Shown piece after piece: positions 8,301 to 17,836 of a stretch of 64,000 nt of DNA. The number at the start of each line of letters is the position of its first letter. Positions within the stretch are counted from its first letter, which is position 1. Below the pieces are notes generated by a model. That model was not told the origin of the DNA and did no database searches. It saw nothing but the letters and a program-made list of their open reading frames with translations. The stretch comes from a virus (lineage: Duplodnaviria > Caudoviricetes): IMG/VR virus record IMGVR_UViG_3300009873_000004, positions 1 through 64,000 of that record; one strand, 5' to 3'. The translations under genes were made by a program, and so were the position numbers.

Positions 8301-9274
8301 TACTTCACCAGGGTCAGGGTGGTCTTATAGCCTTCGCGGCTGAGGGAATGTGTTGTGCTATAGATCAGCCAGGCATCGCCACCCTGTCCGGTATGGCTCT
8401 CGACCACCGTGCAGATGCTGCGAGCGCGGACGTTGGGATCGCCCTTGATCTCCAGTTCAATCGTCTCGGTCAGACGATTGAACATTTCCAGGTTGACGTC
8501 GGCCGTGCCCTGGGCGGCGGTCTCGTTGTCGATCAACTCATGGGCCACCACCATGGTCTTGCGAAAGCCGGAGGGCAGATAGGGGCTCTCTTCCTCAGCG
8601 CTCGCCAGGGCTTCGGCCGAGTTAGCCCCATACACCACCACCTTATTGATCAGGTTCTCGGTCGACTGGTCATAGCTGATCGCCAGGATCTGCCCGCTGT
8701 CGCCGGTCGTGAAGTTGTGCGAAATGTTGGACTGGTCCTCGACAGTGACGTAGGCCTTGCGCTCATAGAAAAACACCACCCCGGCCGCGTTGCAGACGGT
8801 GATGAAGCCGCAGATGCGGCTGATCGTCTCAACCATGTTCCAGACCGAAACCAGGTTGATCGGCACCGGATCGACCGTGCCATAGGTGAAGATGGTCACG
8901 TCTTTCTCGATCCCGGTGATCCCGGCCAGGGCCAGCAGGTCCTCCACCAGATCTTCGGCCTTGATGTTGCTGGCGGTGTACGGCGCGGCCGGGTCGTCGC
9001 TGGCGATGAAGTAGTCGATCGCCCGGCATAGCTTGTCCTGGATGAAGATGGTGTAGGTGGCTTCCGGCCAGTTGCGCGAGATCTTGCGCACCAGCCCGCC
9101 CTCCAGGACCGTCTCGCCGCCGATGACCACGTCGACGGAGTCGTTCAACGACAGGCTGTGCCCGGTGCAGACCACCTCGACATTGGTCGTGGCCTGGTTC
9201 ATGCCCTCGGTCAATTCCAGGCGAATCAGCCCGGTGACGTTCGTCACCGAGGCAGAGATCTCGGAAACGGTCAT
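8300..9274 (-). CDS. baseplate hub / tail tip protein
   Basis: Follows the Dit-like gene; NLINKVVVYG and final GYKTTLTL pattern typical of gp27/Tal-like hubs. Confidence 0.65.
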   Translation of the reverse strand: MTVSEISASVTNVTGLIRLELTEGMNQATTNVEVVCTGHSLSLNDSVDVVIGGETVLEGGLVRKISRNWPEATYTIFIQDKLCRAIDYFIASDDPAAPYTASNIKAEDLVEDLLALAGITGIEKDVTIFTYGTVDPVPINLVSVWNMVETISRICGFITVCNAAGVVFFYERKAYVTVEDQSNISHNFTTGDSGQILAISYDQSTENLINKVVVYGANSAEALASAEEESPYLPSGFRKTMVVAHELIDNETAAQGTADVNLEMFNRLTETIELEIKGDPNVRARSICTVVESHTGQGGDAWLIYSTTHSLSREGYKTTLTLVK

Positions 9275-9627
9275 ACCGCCACCAGGTCCGCCTGCCCCTC
9301 ATACACCGGCAGGATATGGTTGGTCGCCATCTTGCGCCGCAGGGTCAGGCGCTCAATGCGATAGTTGCCCAGGCTCCCTTCTGGCCCCACCAGTTCGGCA
9401 TCGGAATTGGCTCTGGCGGCGGCTCGCAGCGTGGCCCTGGCCCCCGAGCCGGAGGTGTCGGCCGCGACCACGAAGGTCAGGCGCACCCGATCGGAGTTGG
9501 CCGCCCACCAGGAGATCGTGTCGCCAGTGGCGTCGATCGGAGTCTGGACGGCATATTCACTGGCGAAGACTTCCTCCAGCCCGTTGTCGTCAACATGGAT
9601 GGTGACACCGGCCAGGGACCAGGCCAT
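9271..9627 (-). CDS. distal tail-like protein
   Basis: 118 aa directly downstream of the tape measure; beta-rich. Confidence 0.55.
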   Translation of the reverse strand: MAWSLAGVTIHVDDNGLEEVFASEYAVQTPIDATGDTISWWAANSDRVRLTFVVAADTSGSGARATLRAAARANSDAELVGPEGSLGNYRIERLTLRRKMATNHILPVYEGQADLVAV

Positions 9628-9636
9628 GTCTGCCTC

Positions 9637-12600
9637 CTAAACCAGGACCTGCGTGGACGGCGCAGGCGCGGCGGAATTGCGGATCTGCTCGAACTGGCGG
9701 TAGGTCGAGCGCTGGATCTGGTTGGCGATCGTCCGCCCGTCGAGCACGATGCGGATGTTGTTGGTGACGTTGATGTTGGCCGGACGGGTGACTTCCCGCG
9801 CCTGGCCTGCCGGAGCCCCGAATGTGCTGCGCTTGGGGATGGACTTGAAGTCCGGGTAGCTGGATTCCGGATCCCCGATCCCGGCCACCCGCTCTTCCAG
9901 GGTCTGGGGCGTGCCCCGGCGCATCTGGCGCGGGCCGACGTCGGGCACCCGGCCCTGCGGGCTCTGGGCCTGGCCGGTCAGCCGGTCGGCCCAGGCCTGG
10001 TTGGCCCGGTCAAGCGGGAACTGGGTGCTGGCCTGGTTCATCTGCACCAGTTGATTGACCCAGTCCTGGATGGCGTTGGCGACCCGCTGCATCTGGTCGG
10101 CCGTCTGGCGCTGCGCCCCGGTCATGCCCAGCAGGGCGTTGCGGTCCTTGGCGCGTTCATCCCCTTCCCCGGCCGGGCCAATCGAACCGAGGGATCCACC
10201 GCCTGCCCCCGGCTGCATGTAGCTGGGCACGAAGCCCTGGGTCAGGGCATAGAAGGCGACCAGCGCCTCACCCCCGGCCGGGACGTTGAAGACACCCGTA
10301 ATCTGCTGCTGCATGAGCTTGCGCTGCTCTTCGGTCGCAAAGCGGATGGCGTTGCTGTCGGCCAGCAGGTTGCGGAACAACCCGGTCGTCTCGTCGTAGT
10401 AGGCGAACGAGCGCTTCTCCAGTTCGTACTCGGGCACCTCTTTCTCGATCTGGCCCTCGAAGCGGCGCACGTCGCGCACAAACTCTTCCCAGTTGAACTC
10501 CTTGGGGAAGGTGTCAAAGCCGCCGAAGTCGGCCGGGGCGTCGGTCGGGATCCCGAACACCCGTCCCTTGCCGGGCCGCTCGGGCGCAGCCAGTTCGGTC
10601 GGGATCTGCACCGGGTTGTTGGCGGCATCGACCATGGTCTGGAGATCGGTGAAGAACGTCGCCAGGTCGGCCGGGTCAGGCCGGAACTTCCAGGACTGGG
10701 AGAAGAGCAGCGACTCCAGCGAGCCTTCCTGCTCCTGGCGGTTGCCCGCAAACAGCCGCTCCAGGAAACCCTGCGGGCGTTGGAACTCTTCCAGGAAAGG
10801 CTTCAGCGATCCCCCGCCCGTTCGCTGAATGTATTCCTCCAGCAACTTGATCTGCTCGGCCTGGGGCTGGCCCATGAATAGCTCACGTCCCGGCTGGGAC
10901 AGGGCGGAGGCCCGCAACCCGGCCGAGAGCCGGTCGATCTGCTCCAGCGCCGCTTCAAACGGCCCGGTCTGCATGAGCGAGGCCAGGAACAGATCCCAGG
11001 AGGCTCGCAGCCGGTCAATCTTGACCTGGCCGGTGTCCGAGACTTCGCCCAGCAGGTTGTCGAAGTCCGCCAGCGGCTGGGTGCCCGCCTGGAAGGCGTT
11101 GTTGAGTTCCTGCATGGCGACCGTCATCTGGCGCAGGCGCTGCGGCCCGGCCAGCCCGCCTTGCAGGGCCATCATCAACTGCTCGACAGCCGTGTCCTGG
11201 CCCGCCGCCGTAAGCTGCGCCGTCAGGGCGGCGATCTCGCGCAGCATCTCCGAGGTGGAGCCCAACTGGATCCCAAAGCGCCCGCTCAGGTCTTCGCGCA
11301 CCTTCTCTTGCTCCAGGCGGGTGAAGACCGACTGGAAGAGTGTGGCCGTGGCTTCCGGAGTCTGCTCGGTGGCAAACGAGATCCGCGCCAGGATCAGGGC
11401 GGCCTGCTCGGCCGAGGTGCCGAACTGGTTGTGCAACTGGATGCCCTGCTGAAGAGCGTCGAAGTAGGTCTCCATGTTGCCGGGCACGGACTGGTAGGCC
11501 TCGGCGATGAAGTCCATCACCTCGACGTGCTGAAGACCGACCGCATTCGCCCGGATCTGGGTCTGGCCGAGTTCCTGGAGCGCGTTGGCGTACTGGTCGG
11601 TGCCAAAGATCAGCGCCAGTTGGCGGGCCTGACTCTCCTGCTCTTCCGAAGCCCCGAATTGGGCTCCAGACACCAGGCCGGGAATGGCATCACGCGGGCG
11701 AGTGCCGTAGAGCGCATTGGCAACCAGGGCCTGGCTGGTGGCGAACTCGGTCTGCCCGGAGATGAAGCCCAGCCGCGCCTGAGCGCTCTCAATCCGCAGG
11801 TACTCCTCCAGCGATTGGGAGGCCAGGGCGATGGTCGTGTTGAGCGTGGTCCAGATGGCGATGCCCTGGGCGATCCAGGTCAGGTGGCGGGTGAAGTTGT
11901 TGTTGAAAGCGTTGAAGGCGTTTGCACCCGCGTTGGCCTGCTGCTGGATGTTCTGAAGCGCCTGGCCCGCCTGGTTGAGTTGGGCGATGTTCTGCGGATT
12001 GGCCCCTTGCTGGACCACGTTCTGGAACGCTTGGTTGAAGGCGTTCTGGGCCGCGCCCAGGGCCTGGTTTTGGTTGAAACCCTGGACGGCCTGGAGCGCT
12101 GGACCTTGCAGGCCTGCCAGACCGATTGGCTGCGCGGCCTGCTGCTGTTGGAGCGCAGCCTGCTGCTGGAGCCACTGGTTGTAGTTCTGGCGTGCGATCG
12201 CGGCTTGCGCAGCCTGCAATTCGTTGGCCTGGGCGTTAGGATCAAACGGCAGGTTGGCCTGGGCCTGCGCTCGCAACGCGGCCAGGTTGCTCTGAAAGTC
12301 TCCACCCCGCAGTTGCTGGATGAAACCTGGCAAGGGTTGCGGGGCCTGGCCGAACTGCTGATACGCATAGCGATCCGCCTCGGGACCACGCAAGGCGGCG
12401 ATGGATGCCTGGAAGTCGTTGGCCGCTTGCTGCTGGCGCAGTTGCTGAACGAAGGGCGGCAGGGGCTGGCGGTTCGCCAGTTGCTGCTGCTCGACGTCAA
12501 ACTGGCGGTAGCGAGCCGCAGCCTGGTTCTGGGCTTCGAAGTCTGCCCGCGCCTGCGCCCGCAGTCGATTCTCGATGTTGGGATCAAAGACTTCGGCGGC

Positions 12601-13359
12601 TCGCTCGGTGGCATTCAGCCAGTTGCGATAATCGCGCTGACCCTGTCCTGGATCCAGCAGCAGGCTACCTTGTGCCTGCTGCGCTTCGGTCATCCGGCGA
12701 ATAAACTCAGCGGCCTCAATCTCAGACCGCAGGTTGGCCGAAGCCGATCCAGGCCCCTGGCCGATGCCCGGCACCTGCCCCGCAATTCGTCGCGCCAGGG
12801 AACCAGGATCCGGTTGATTGGGATCGACCGACCACTGATCGAAGGGTCCGCCTGTGCCCAACTGGAAGCGGGCGGGTCCCCCGGCCCGCATGGCCCGCAT
12901 GGCGAACTCCCAGTCCTCGCGAGAGCCGGTCCAGGTAGCCGGGGGTTCTGGAACCCCACCACCCGGCCCACCCAGGTTGGCAATCGCCCGAGCGATCTCC
13001 TCGCGGTTGGCCTGCTGCATGCCTTGCTGCCTGCGCCAGGCCCCACCCGCCAGTTGTCCGACTCCGGTTTCGGGATCGAAGCGCACGAATGGCGTGCCGC
13101 TGGCCGAGCCCACCCCGCGTCCGATCTGCGACTGGAGCGCGATGGCCCGCTCCATGCCGGTGATCAGAGTCTGGATGGATGTGATAGCCGGGGCCAGGCC
13201 CTGGGAAAAAGCCGTGCCCATCTGGGTGGCGGCTGGCCCGATCTTGCTCAGACCCGTCTCCAGCGCCGTCAGGCTCTCCAGCATCGCGGCGGCAGCCTTC
13301 TCGGGCTGCTCGACGTTCCAGACGTGCTCGACAATGCTCTTGAACGACTGTTCGCTCAT
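9637..13359 (-). CDS. tape measure protein
   Basis: 1240 aa, Ala/Gln/Gly-rich helical protein following the frameshifted chaperone. Confidence 0.9.
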   Translation of the reverse strand: MSEQSFKSIVEHVWNVEQPEKAAAAMLESLTALETGLSKIGPAATQMGTAFSQGLAPAITSIQTLITGMERAIALQSQIGRGVGSASGTPFVRFDPETGVGQLAGGAWRRQQGMQQANREEIARAIANLGGPGGGVPEPPATWTGSREDWEFAMRAMRAGGPARFQLGTGGPFDQWSVDPNQPDPGSLARRIAGQVPGIGQGPGSASANLRSEIEAAEFIRRMTEAQQAQGSLLLDPGQGQRDYRNWLNATERAAEVFDPNIENRLRAQARADFEAQNQAAARYRQFDVEQQQLANRQPLPPFVQQLRQQQAANDFQASIAALRGPEADRYAYQQFGQAPQPLPGFIQQLRGGDFQSNLAALRAQAQANLPFDPNAQANELQAAQAAIARQNYNQWLQQQAALQQQQAAQPIGLAGLQGPALQAVQGFNQNQALGAAQNAFNQAFQNVVQQGANPQNIAQLNQAGQALQNIQQQANAGANAFNAFNNNFTRHLTWIAQGIAIWTTLNTTIALASQSLEEYLRIESAQARLGFISGQTEFATSQALVANALYGTRPRDAIPGLVSGAQFGASEEQESQARQLALIFGTDQYANALQELGQTQIRANAVGLQHVEVMDFIAEAYQSVPGNMETYFDALQQGIQLHNQFGTSAEQAALILARISFATEQTPEATATLFQSVFTRLEQEKVREDLSGRFGIQLGSTSEMLREIAALTAQLTAAGQDTAVEQLMMALQGGLAGPQRLRQMTVAMQELNNAFQAGTQPLADFDNLLGEVSDTGQVKIDRLRASWDLFLASLMQTGPFEAALEQIDRLSAGLRASALSQPGRELFMGQPQAEQIKLLEEYIQRTGGGSLKPFLEEFQRPQGFLERLFAGNRQEQEGSLESLLFSQSWKFRPDPADLATFFTDLQTMVDAANNPVQIPTELAAPERPGKGRVFGIPTDAPADFGGFDTFPKEFNWEEFVRDVRRFEGQIEKEVPEYELEKRSFAYYDETTGLFRNLLADSNAIRFATEEQRKLMQQQITGVFNVPAGGEALVAFYALTQGFVPSYMQPGAGGGSLGSIGPAGEGDERAKDRNALLGMTGAQRQTADQMQRVANAIQDWVNQLVQMNQASTQFPLDRANQAWADRLTGQAQSPQGRVPDVGPRQMRRGTPQTLEERVAGIGDPESSYPDFKSIPKRSTFGAPAGQAREVTRPANINVTNNIRIVLDGRTIANQIQRSTYRQFEQIRNSAAPAPSTQVLV

Positions 13360-13361
13360 GG

Positions 13362-13667
13362 TCAGCTATCCAATGGGTGCAGTTCCCGGCCCTTGCGCTC
13401 GCGCAGCTTCGCCCTGGCCTGAAGCCACTCGTCCAGGTCCTTGCTCTTTGACAGCGGCCACAGTTCCCTGGGCGGCTCCAGGTTGTCTGGATCGAGCGCG
13501 GCCGAAGAGCGCACGTTCTCCAGCCGCGCTTCCAGTTGCAGGACGTAAGGCAGCCACCAGGGCGTCGTCTGAACCGGGCCGGTCCAGATCGGCGCGTGGC
13601 CGAGCTTCGTCAGGACGTAAAGGTCGTGGGTAAGTCCATCGAGGACGGCCCACTCCAGGCCAAAGGG
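13362..13667 (-). CDS. tail assembly chaperone C-terminal extension (gpGT-like, -1 frame)
   Basis: Open -1 frame without its own ATG: PFGLEWAVLDG...PPRELW...DLDEWLQAR...HPLDS*, stop 3 nt before the TMP start. Confidence 0.8.
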   Translation of the reverse strand, partial: PFGLEWAVLDGLTHDLYVLTKLGHAPIWTGPVQTTPWWLPYVLQLEARLENVRSSAALDPDNLEPPRELWPLSKSKDLDEWLQARAKLRERKGRELHPLDS

Positions 13668-14314
13668 TCGATCTCATTGACCTCGCGTACTTTCTGGTAA
13701 AAGACGGTTACGACCGGATCGGGCAGGCCAGCGGCTTCCTCGACGCTGGCAAAGCGGCGCTCGCCCTGGGGAGTCTGGATCGACAGGTAAAGCGAGTAAT
13801 GCACGAAGGCGTCGTTGGCGGCGGCATTGGTCAGGTTATAGATCGCCGCCCGCTTGACCTGCGCCAGGAGCGCTTCGGGCGCGAGAGTCGCCAGGCTGTC
13901 TTCGAAGGACTTCATGCGCCGCTTGACGCTCTCGTCGATGCGCTGTCCCCAGGCGGCGGCTTCCTCATCGCGCCGGGCCAGCACCTCGCGCTTCTGCTCT
14001 TCGGTCGCGTTCTCGGGAAAGGGGATGTAGGTGGGCGGCTCGTCGCGCACGGCATCCTGGCGATAGGTGGTGCGCCGGAAGGCCAGCAGCAGTTCGCGCA
14101 GAGTCTCCGGGGCCATCTCGTCATAGACGCGCAGGTTGCCCCAATACTCCACGCTCTCGGGGTCCTTGAGTTTGCGCTCCAGCAGCATGGCCGTGCGCGT
14201 GGCGTGCAGGTTGCGCTCGTCGTTCTCGGGGCCGGACAGGGCGCGAGCGACCAGCGCCTGGCCGTGGAACTCAAAGGGGAGGAGTGCGCGGTAAAGACGA
14301 TCGGTGGTCAGCAT
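13610..14314 (-). CDS. tail assembly chaperone (gpG-like)
   Basis: Between tail tube and TMP; ends with the EIDPL motif at the slippery site; RBS AGGAG. Confidence 0.8.
   Translation of the reverse strand: MLTTDRLYRALLPFEFHGQALVARALSGPENDERNLHATRTAMLLERKLKDPESVEYWGNLRVYDEMAPETLRELLLAFRRTTYRQDAVRDEPPTYIPFPENATEEQKREVLARRDEEAAAWGQRIDESVKRRMKSFEDSLATLAPEALLAQVKRAAIYNLTNAAANDAFVHYSLYLSIQTPQGERRFASVEEAAGLPDPVVTVFYQKVREVNEIDPLAWSGPSSMDLPTTFTS
13661..13667 (-). other. -1 ribosomal frameshift heptamer C CCT TTG
   Basis: X XXY YYZ pattern in the 0-frame at GAC CCT TTG; -1 frame open to 13362. Confidence 0.8.
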
Positions 14315-14329
14315 GCCTGTTCTCCTGAC

Positions 14330-14343
14330 TTCTAAATTTGGAA
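14330..14343. promoter_or_regulatory. 14-bp palindromic site, copy 2 (TTCTAAATTTGGAA)
   Basis: Intergenic, just upstream of the chaperone RBS; 1 mismatch. Confidence 0.6.
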
Positions 14344-14350
14344 ACGCCGC

Positions 14351-14995
14351 TCAGGCTTTTTTGAGCGGCCCGGTGTCCCTCGGTTTATCCCCCTTGCGCC
14401 GCAGGGTAGGATCGAAACTTGGATTGAACTTCCTGATCTCGACGATCAACAGGTCGCGCTCGTCGGTCAGTTCGGCCACCTGGGTCTCCAGTACGGCAAT
14501 CCGCGCTTCCTGCTGGCGGATGATGTCTTCCTGGGCGTTCGACTTTTTCTGCGTGACCAGGTTGGACTCTCGCTCCAGTGCCAGTTCCTGGCGCAGGGCG
14601 GCGAACTCCCGGTCGCGCTGGGCTTGCTTTTCCAACATGGTGGCGTTGACCTTGCGCAGGGCGGCAATCTCGTTGTAGAGATTGCTCATATCGCGGTCCT
14701 GCTTGCGCAGCACTGAGCGCATGCCCTCCAGATCGGCCTCGTAGCGAGCCTGGTCGTCTGCCCGGTCGCGATTGACCCGCGCAATCTCGGACTGAAGCTG
14801 TTCGACCACCTCCGCCTGGGCGGCCTGGTACATCTGAAACTCGGCCTTCTGGCTCTGGAACTTTTCCAGGCTGACCGTGTGCCGGGTGCGAATCAGATTG
14901 ACCAGGCCGCCCGAGACCGCCCCGACCAGAGTCGAGATGACCGGCAAGAGCACCACCCAGGTCGTCAGTGGAATTCCCAGAAAGGTTTGATCCAT
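14351..14995 (-). CDS. membrane-anchored coiled-coil protein (holin/XhlA-like candidate)
   Basis: N-terminal hydrophobic helix (TTWVVLLPVISTLVGAVSGGLV) plus long heptad region and basic C-terminus. Confidence 0.55.
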   Translation of the reverse strand: MDQTFLGIPLTTWVVLLPVISTLVGAVSGGLVNLIRTRHTVSLEKFQSQKAEFQMYQAAQAEVVEQLQSEIARVNRDRADDQARYEADLEGMRSVLRKQDRDMSNLYNEIAALRKVNATMLEKQAQRDREFAALRQELALERESNLVTQKKSNAQEDIIRQQEARIAVLETQVAELTDERDLLIVEIRKFNPSFDPTLRRKGDKPRDTGPLKKA

Positions 14996-15002
14996 GGTGA
15001 GA

Positions 15003-15030
15003 GGGGAGGCCGGACGCCAGCGGCCTCCCC
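15003..15030 (-). promoter_or_regulatory. GC-rich hairpin after the tail tube gene
   Basis: GGGGAGGCCG / CGGCCTCCCC; no U tract; sits 7 nt from the next ATG. Confidence 0.55.
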
Positions 15031-15040
15031 CGGCTCCTGA

Positions 15041-16048
15041 CTACTGGTTGCGGTTGGAGATGATGATCCCGCCGCTGTCGGCTGTATCTTCGTTGTTGGA
15101 GATCAGCCCATAGCGGATGGTCGACAACCCGCGCACCTGCGAGCGGATCGGCGCGTGCGTGGACGGCGTGACGTTCTCGATCTTGAACGACTTGATGACC
15201 GAGGCCGCCTCCGACAGGTCCGGATCAAAGATGCGGACGTAGGCGTCGATCGGCGTGACCGGGTCGTCCAGGTCGTAGTAGGTCGTCTGGTCGCGGAAGA
15301 ACAGGGCGCTCGGCTGGTCGTCGGCCGCCAGCAGTTCGAAGTCGACCGAAACCTCGGGCACGTCGTTGAGCGTGCCGACCGAAGCGCGGCGTCCCAGTTC
15401 CTTGACGATCACGCTCGGGAAGGTGGCCCGGATGTTGAAGGACTGGAGCCGGAAGGCGCGATCGGCCGCGCCCGAGCCGGAGGTGCCCAGCCAGATGCGG
15501 GCTTCCTTGCCGTGGATCCCGCCGCTGTCGGTGTCGTTCTGAGCGCCCCAGGTGTGGACCGTGGAAGCGGCCTTATACAGTTTGCCGCCCCGGCCGACGA
15601 AGGACACCATCTGGCCGATGGCCCCGTCGATCGAGAAGCGCCAGGAGATCTCGGCCACCGAGCAGCCGTTGATCTCCTTCTCGTTCATCAGGGTCAGGTC
15701 CTGGTTGCGGTTGAGGACATACAGCCGGTACTTCCCGGCGTAGGTCAGCAGGTCGCCCAGGTTCCAGGTCTGCGCCCCCGAAGGCGCGATCGGCTTGCCC
15801 GAGAGGATGTAGTCCAATTGCAGACTCTCGAACAGGTTCTGCTCCAGGGTGACGCGGTACTCGGCCGGGTCGCGGGTCGTGCCGATCTTGCCCTTGCGCC
15901 CGATCTCGTAGTACCCCCGGTTGGGGTAGTTGCCGGTCATCTCGATGTTTTGCAGGCGCGAGACGGTCGCCTGGCTCCCCGAGGTTTCGTTGTAGGCCCA
16001 GACCTGGGAGAGGAAGGAGTACAGGGCCACATTTACCGGATCAGCCAT
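15041..16048 (-). CDS. major tail (tube) protein
   Basis: 335 aa; position after the terminator-like gene; EIG..G.IG and two-domain beta repeat. Confidence 0.75.
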   Translation of the reverse strand: MADPVNVALYSFLSQVWAYNETSGSQATVSRLQNIEMTGNYPNRGYYEIGRKGKIGTTRDPAEYRVTLEQNLFESLQLDYILSGKPIAPSGAQTWNLGDLLTYAGKYRLYVLNRNQDLTLMNEKEINGCSVAEISWRFSIDGAIGQMVSFVGRGGKLYKAASTVHTWGAQNDTDSGGIHGKEARIWLGTSGSGAADRAFRLQSFNIRATFPSVIVKELGRRASVGTLNDVPEVSVDFELLAADDQPSALFFRDQTTYYDLDDPVTPIDAYVRIFDPDLSEAASVIKSFKIENVTPSTHAPIRSQVRGLSTIRYGLISNNEDTADSGGIIISNRNQ

Positions 16049-16063
16049 CGCGAAGACTCCTTG

Positions 16064-16615
16064 CTAATGCTTCAACTGGAAGCGGACGTGGATGGTCGCC
16101 CAAAGATCGAGCGTGCCTTCTCGCCTGAGTTCGTCGGCGTTGAGTTGGGTCTGTTCGATCCAAACCAGCGGATCCACCAGCGCGGTCTCAACAAAGGCAG
16201 CCGAGCCCGAGGTGTAGGCGTAGACCGAAAAGCCGGTCTGGATCTGCCTTGCCAGAAAGGAAGCCAGATCATCACGCTCACCCCTCGACCGCCCAAAAAT
16301 ATGAATGAGCAACTGCTGCTGCCCGCCCGAGCGATTGCCAATCTCAAACGGCTCCAGGAAGACATCGGGAATCTCGACCACGATCTCGGGCAGGGCCATC
16401 TTCTCCGGGCGCATGTAAGCGTCCAGCAGAAAAATACACGGCGTCGGGCTGACTGGATGCCGGTTGCTGGGCGTCAACGTGCCCTTCTGCGCCTGGCGCA
16501 ACTGGTCCTCGTTGTAAACGGTGTAGGCGGCCGAGAGCGTGTCGGCCGGGGGAGTCTCGAACTTCTCCCGGACCCAGTCCATCACGCTGCGGCGCACGTC
16601 GCGATCGCGAAACAT
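16064..16615 (-). CDS. tail terminator-like protein
   Basis: Position; LLIHIFGRSRGERDDLASFL pattern. Confidence 0.65.
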   Translation of the reverse strand: MFRDRDVRRSVMDWVREKFETPPADTLSAAYTVYNEDQLRQAQKGTLTPSNRHPVSPTPCIFLLDAYMRPEKMALPEIVVEIPDVFLEPFEIGNRSGGQQQLLIHIFGRSRGERDDLASFLARQIQTGFSVYAYTSGSAAFVETALVDPLVWIEQTQLNADELRREGTLDLWATIHVRFQLKH

Positions 16616-17197
16616 CTACAGGCCCTGAAACCGTTCCTTGAACTCGCGCAGCCAGTAGGGACGGCGCGAAGTGAGAAACCGATACCAGCCAATCGCCGCA
16701 AACGGATCGGGAGTGATCCCGGCCTTGGCGGCCGAGCGATACCAGGCCGGGTGAGAGCCTTCCTGGGCATACAGGTAGGCGCTCATGTCAAAGCCCGCCC
16801 CGCCATAGCCGCCGCCATAGCGGCCCTGCATGCGCTGGTATTCCAGCATCGCCTTGCCTTCACGCGGCAGGCTCCACCAGGGTCCGCGCCGACTGTAGGT
16901 GCCCTTGCGCTTGAACTCCGGGAAGTCGCGCAGAAAGGCCGCGATCGTGCCGGAGGGCGGCGTGTTGTTGGGAAAGCCGATCTCATCGAACAGCCCGCCG
17001 CGCACGAACATGCCCCACGGACGACTCTCGACCGGCGACTTGGTGTTGAGGTTGCGCCTGAGTCGCCCGCTCTTCTTAGGCGCGAGATGGATCATCTCGG
17101 TGAGCGAGTCGCCCAAGAGCCGCTCGATGAAGAACGGATCGCGCAGCAGATCTCGCTGGCGGATTATTCGCTGGCGGAGGCTGTCGTAAGCGGCCAT
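16616..17197 (-). CDS. tail completion / neck protein (HK97 gp10-like)
   Basis: LAPKKSGRLRRNL motif; position. Confidence 0.6.
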   Translation of the reverse strand: MAAYDSLRQRIIRQRDLLRDPFFIERLLGDSLTEMIHLAPKKSGRLRRNLNTKSPVESRPWGMFVRGGLFDEIGFPNNTPPSGTIAAFLRDFPEFKRKGTYSRRGPWWSLPREGKAMLEYQRMQGRYGGGYGGAGFDMSAYLYAQEGSHPAWYRSAAKAGITPDPFAAIGWYRFLTSRRPYWLREFKERFQGL

Positions 17198-17325
17198 TCG
17201 GCCCGGACCCTCTCGATCATCGCTCGCTTGGCGCGGTTGGCTTCGGCCAGGACCGCTTCGCGGATCACCGCCCGGTAAGGCGAACCGGCCTGGAGGTCAT
17301 TGACCACCAGGATCTTTTTGATCAT
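17164..17325 (-). CDS. small hypothetical protein, start uncertain
   Basis: Helical-looking frame LDRLVFDVETAFGAMIKKIL...EANRAKRAMIE fills the gap between two genes. Confidence 0.4.
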   Translation of the reverse strand: MIKKILVVNDLQAGSPYRAVIREAVLAEANRAKRAMIERVRAEWPLTTASASE

Positions 17326-17371
17326 CGCTCCGAAGGCGGTCTCGACGTCGAAGACCAGTCGGTCGAGGGCC

Positions 17372-17836
17372 TCAGAATCCTGGGGCGCGGTAGACGGGGC
17401 TGAAGGCGCGGAGGCCGATCGTCCATTCTTCGACGTGCCCGACGCCGGAGGCGTGGAAGTTTTCGGGCCGGAAGAAGGTCCCGTCGACGGCGAGGTAAGC
17501 GTTGGGTTCATTCTTCACCTGTAAAACCATGTCCTTGTCGCGCAGATGGACGCTGATCAGCACGTCCCCGACTTCCACCCCAGGCGGCACCTGCCCAAAG
17601 GTCTTGAGCACGGTGTCCACGTTGCGCACGTTGGCATAGAAGGCGTACACCCGCCAGCGGCTAACCGTCTGGCCCAGGCCCGCGCCTTCGGCCACGTCGT
17701 TGCCCGAGAGCGTCTCCTCGTCGAAGTCGCTCTCGCGGTCAAAGACCGGCACCAGGGCGTAGATATAGCGGCTGACCAGGCGGGTGTCGGCCAGGTCGCG
17801 CTGGAAGGTCAGCCGCTCGGCGGGCGTGACGCGCAT
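17372..17836 (-). CDS. head closure / head-tail adaptor protein
   Basis: 154 aa beta-rich; GD..I...L; position. Confidence 0.6.
   Translation of the reverse strand: MRVTPAERLTFQRDLADTRLVSRYIYALVPVFDRESDFDEETLSGNDVAEGAGLGQTVSRWRVYAFYANVRNVDTVLKTFGQVPPGVEVGDVLISVHLRDKDMVLQVKNEPNAYLAVDGTFFRPENFHASGVGHVEEWTIGLRAFSPVYRAPGF

Noticed and set aside
9316-17278. Long + strand ORFs (9316-10881, 11161-13422, 15155-17278; also 7026-8330, 17546-19126, 37292-38392)
   Set aside because: Antisense shadows of GC-rich minus-strand structural genes, with no motifs or RBS
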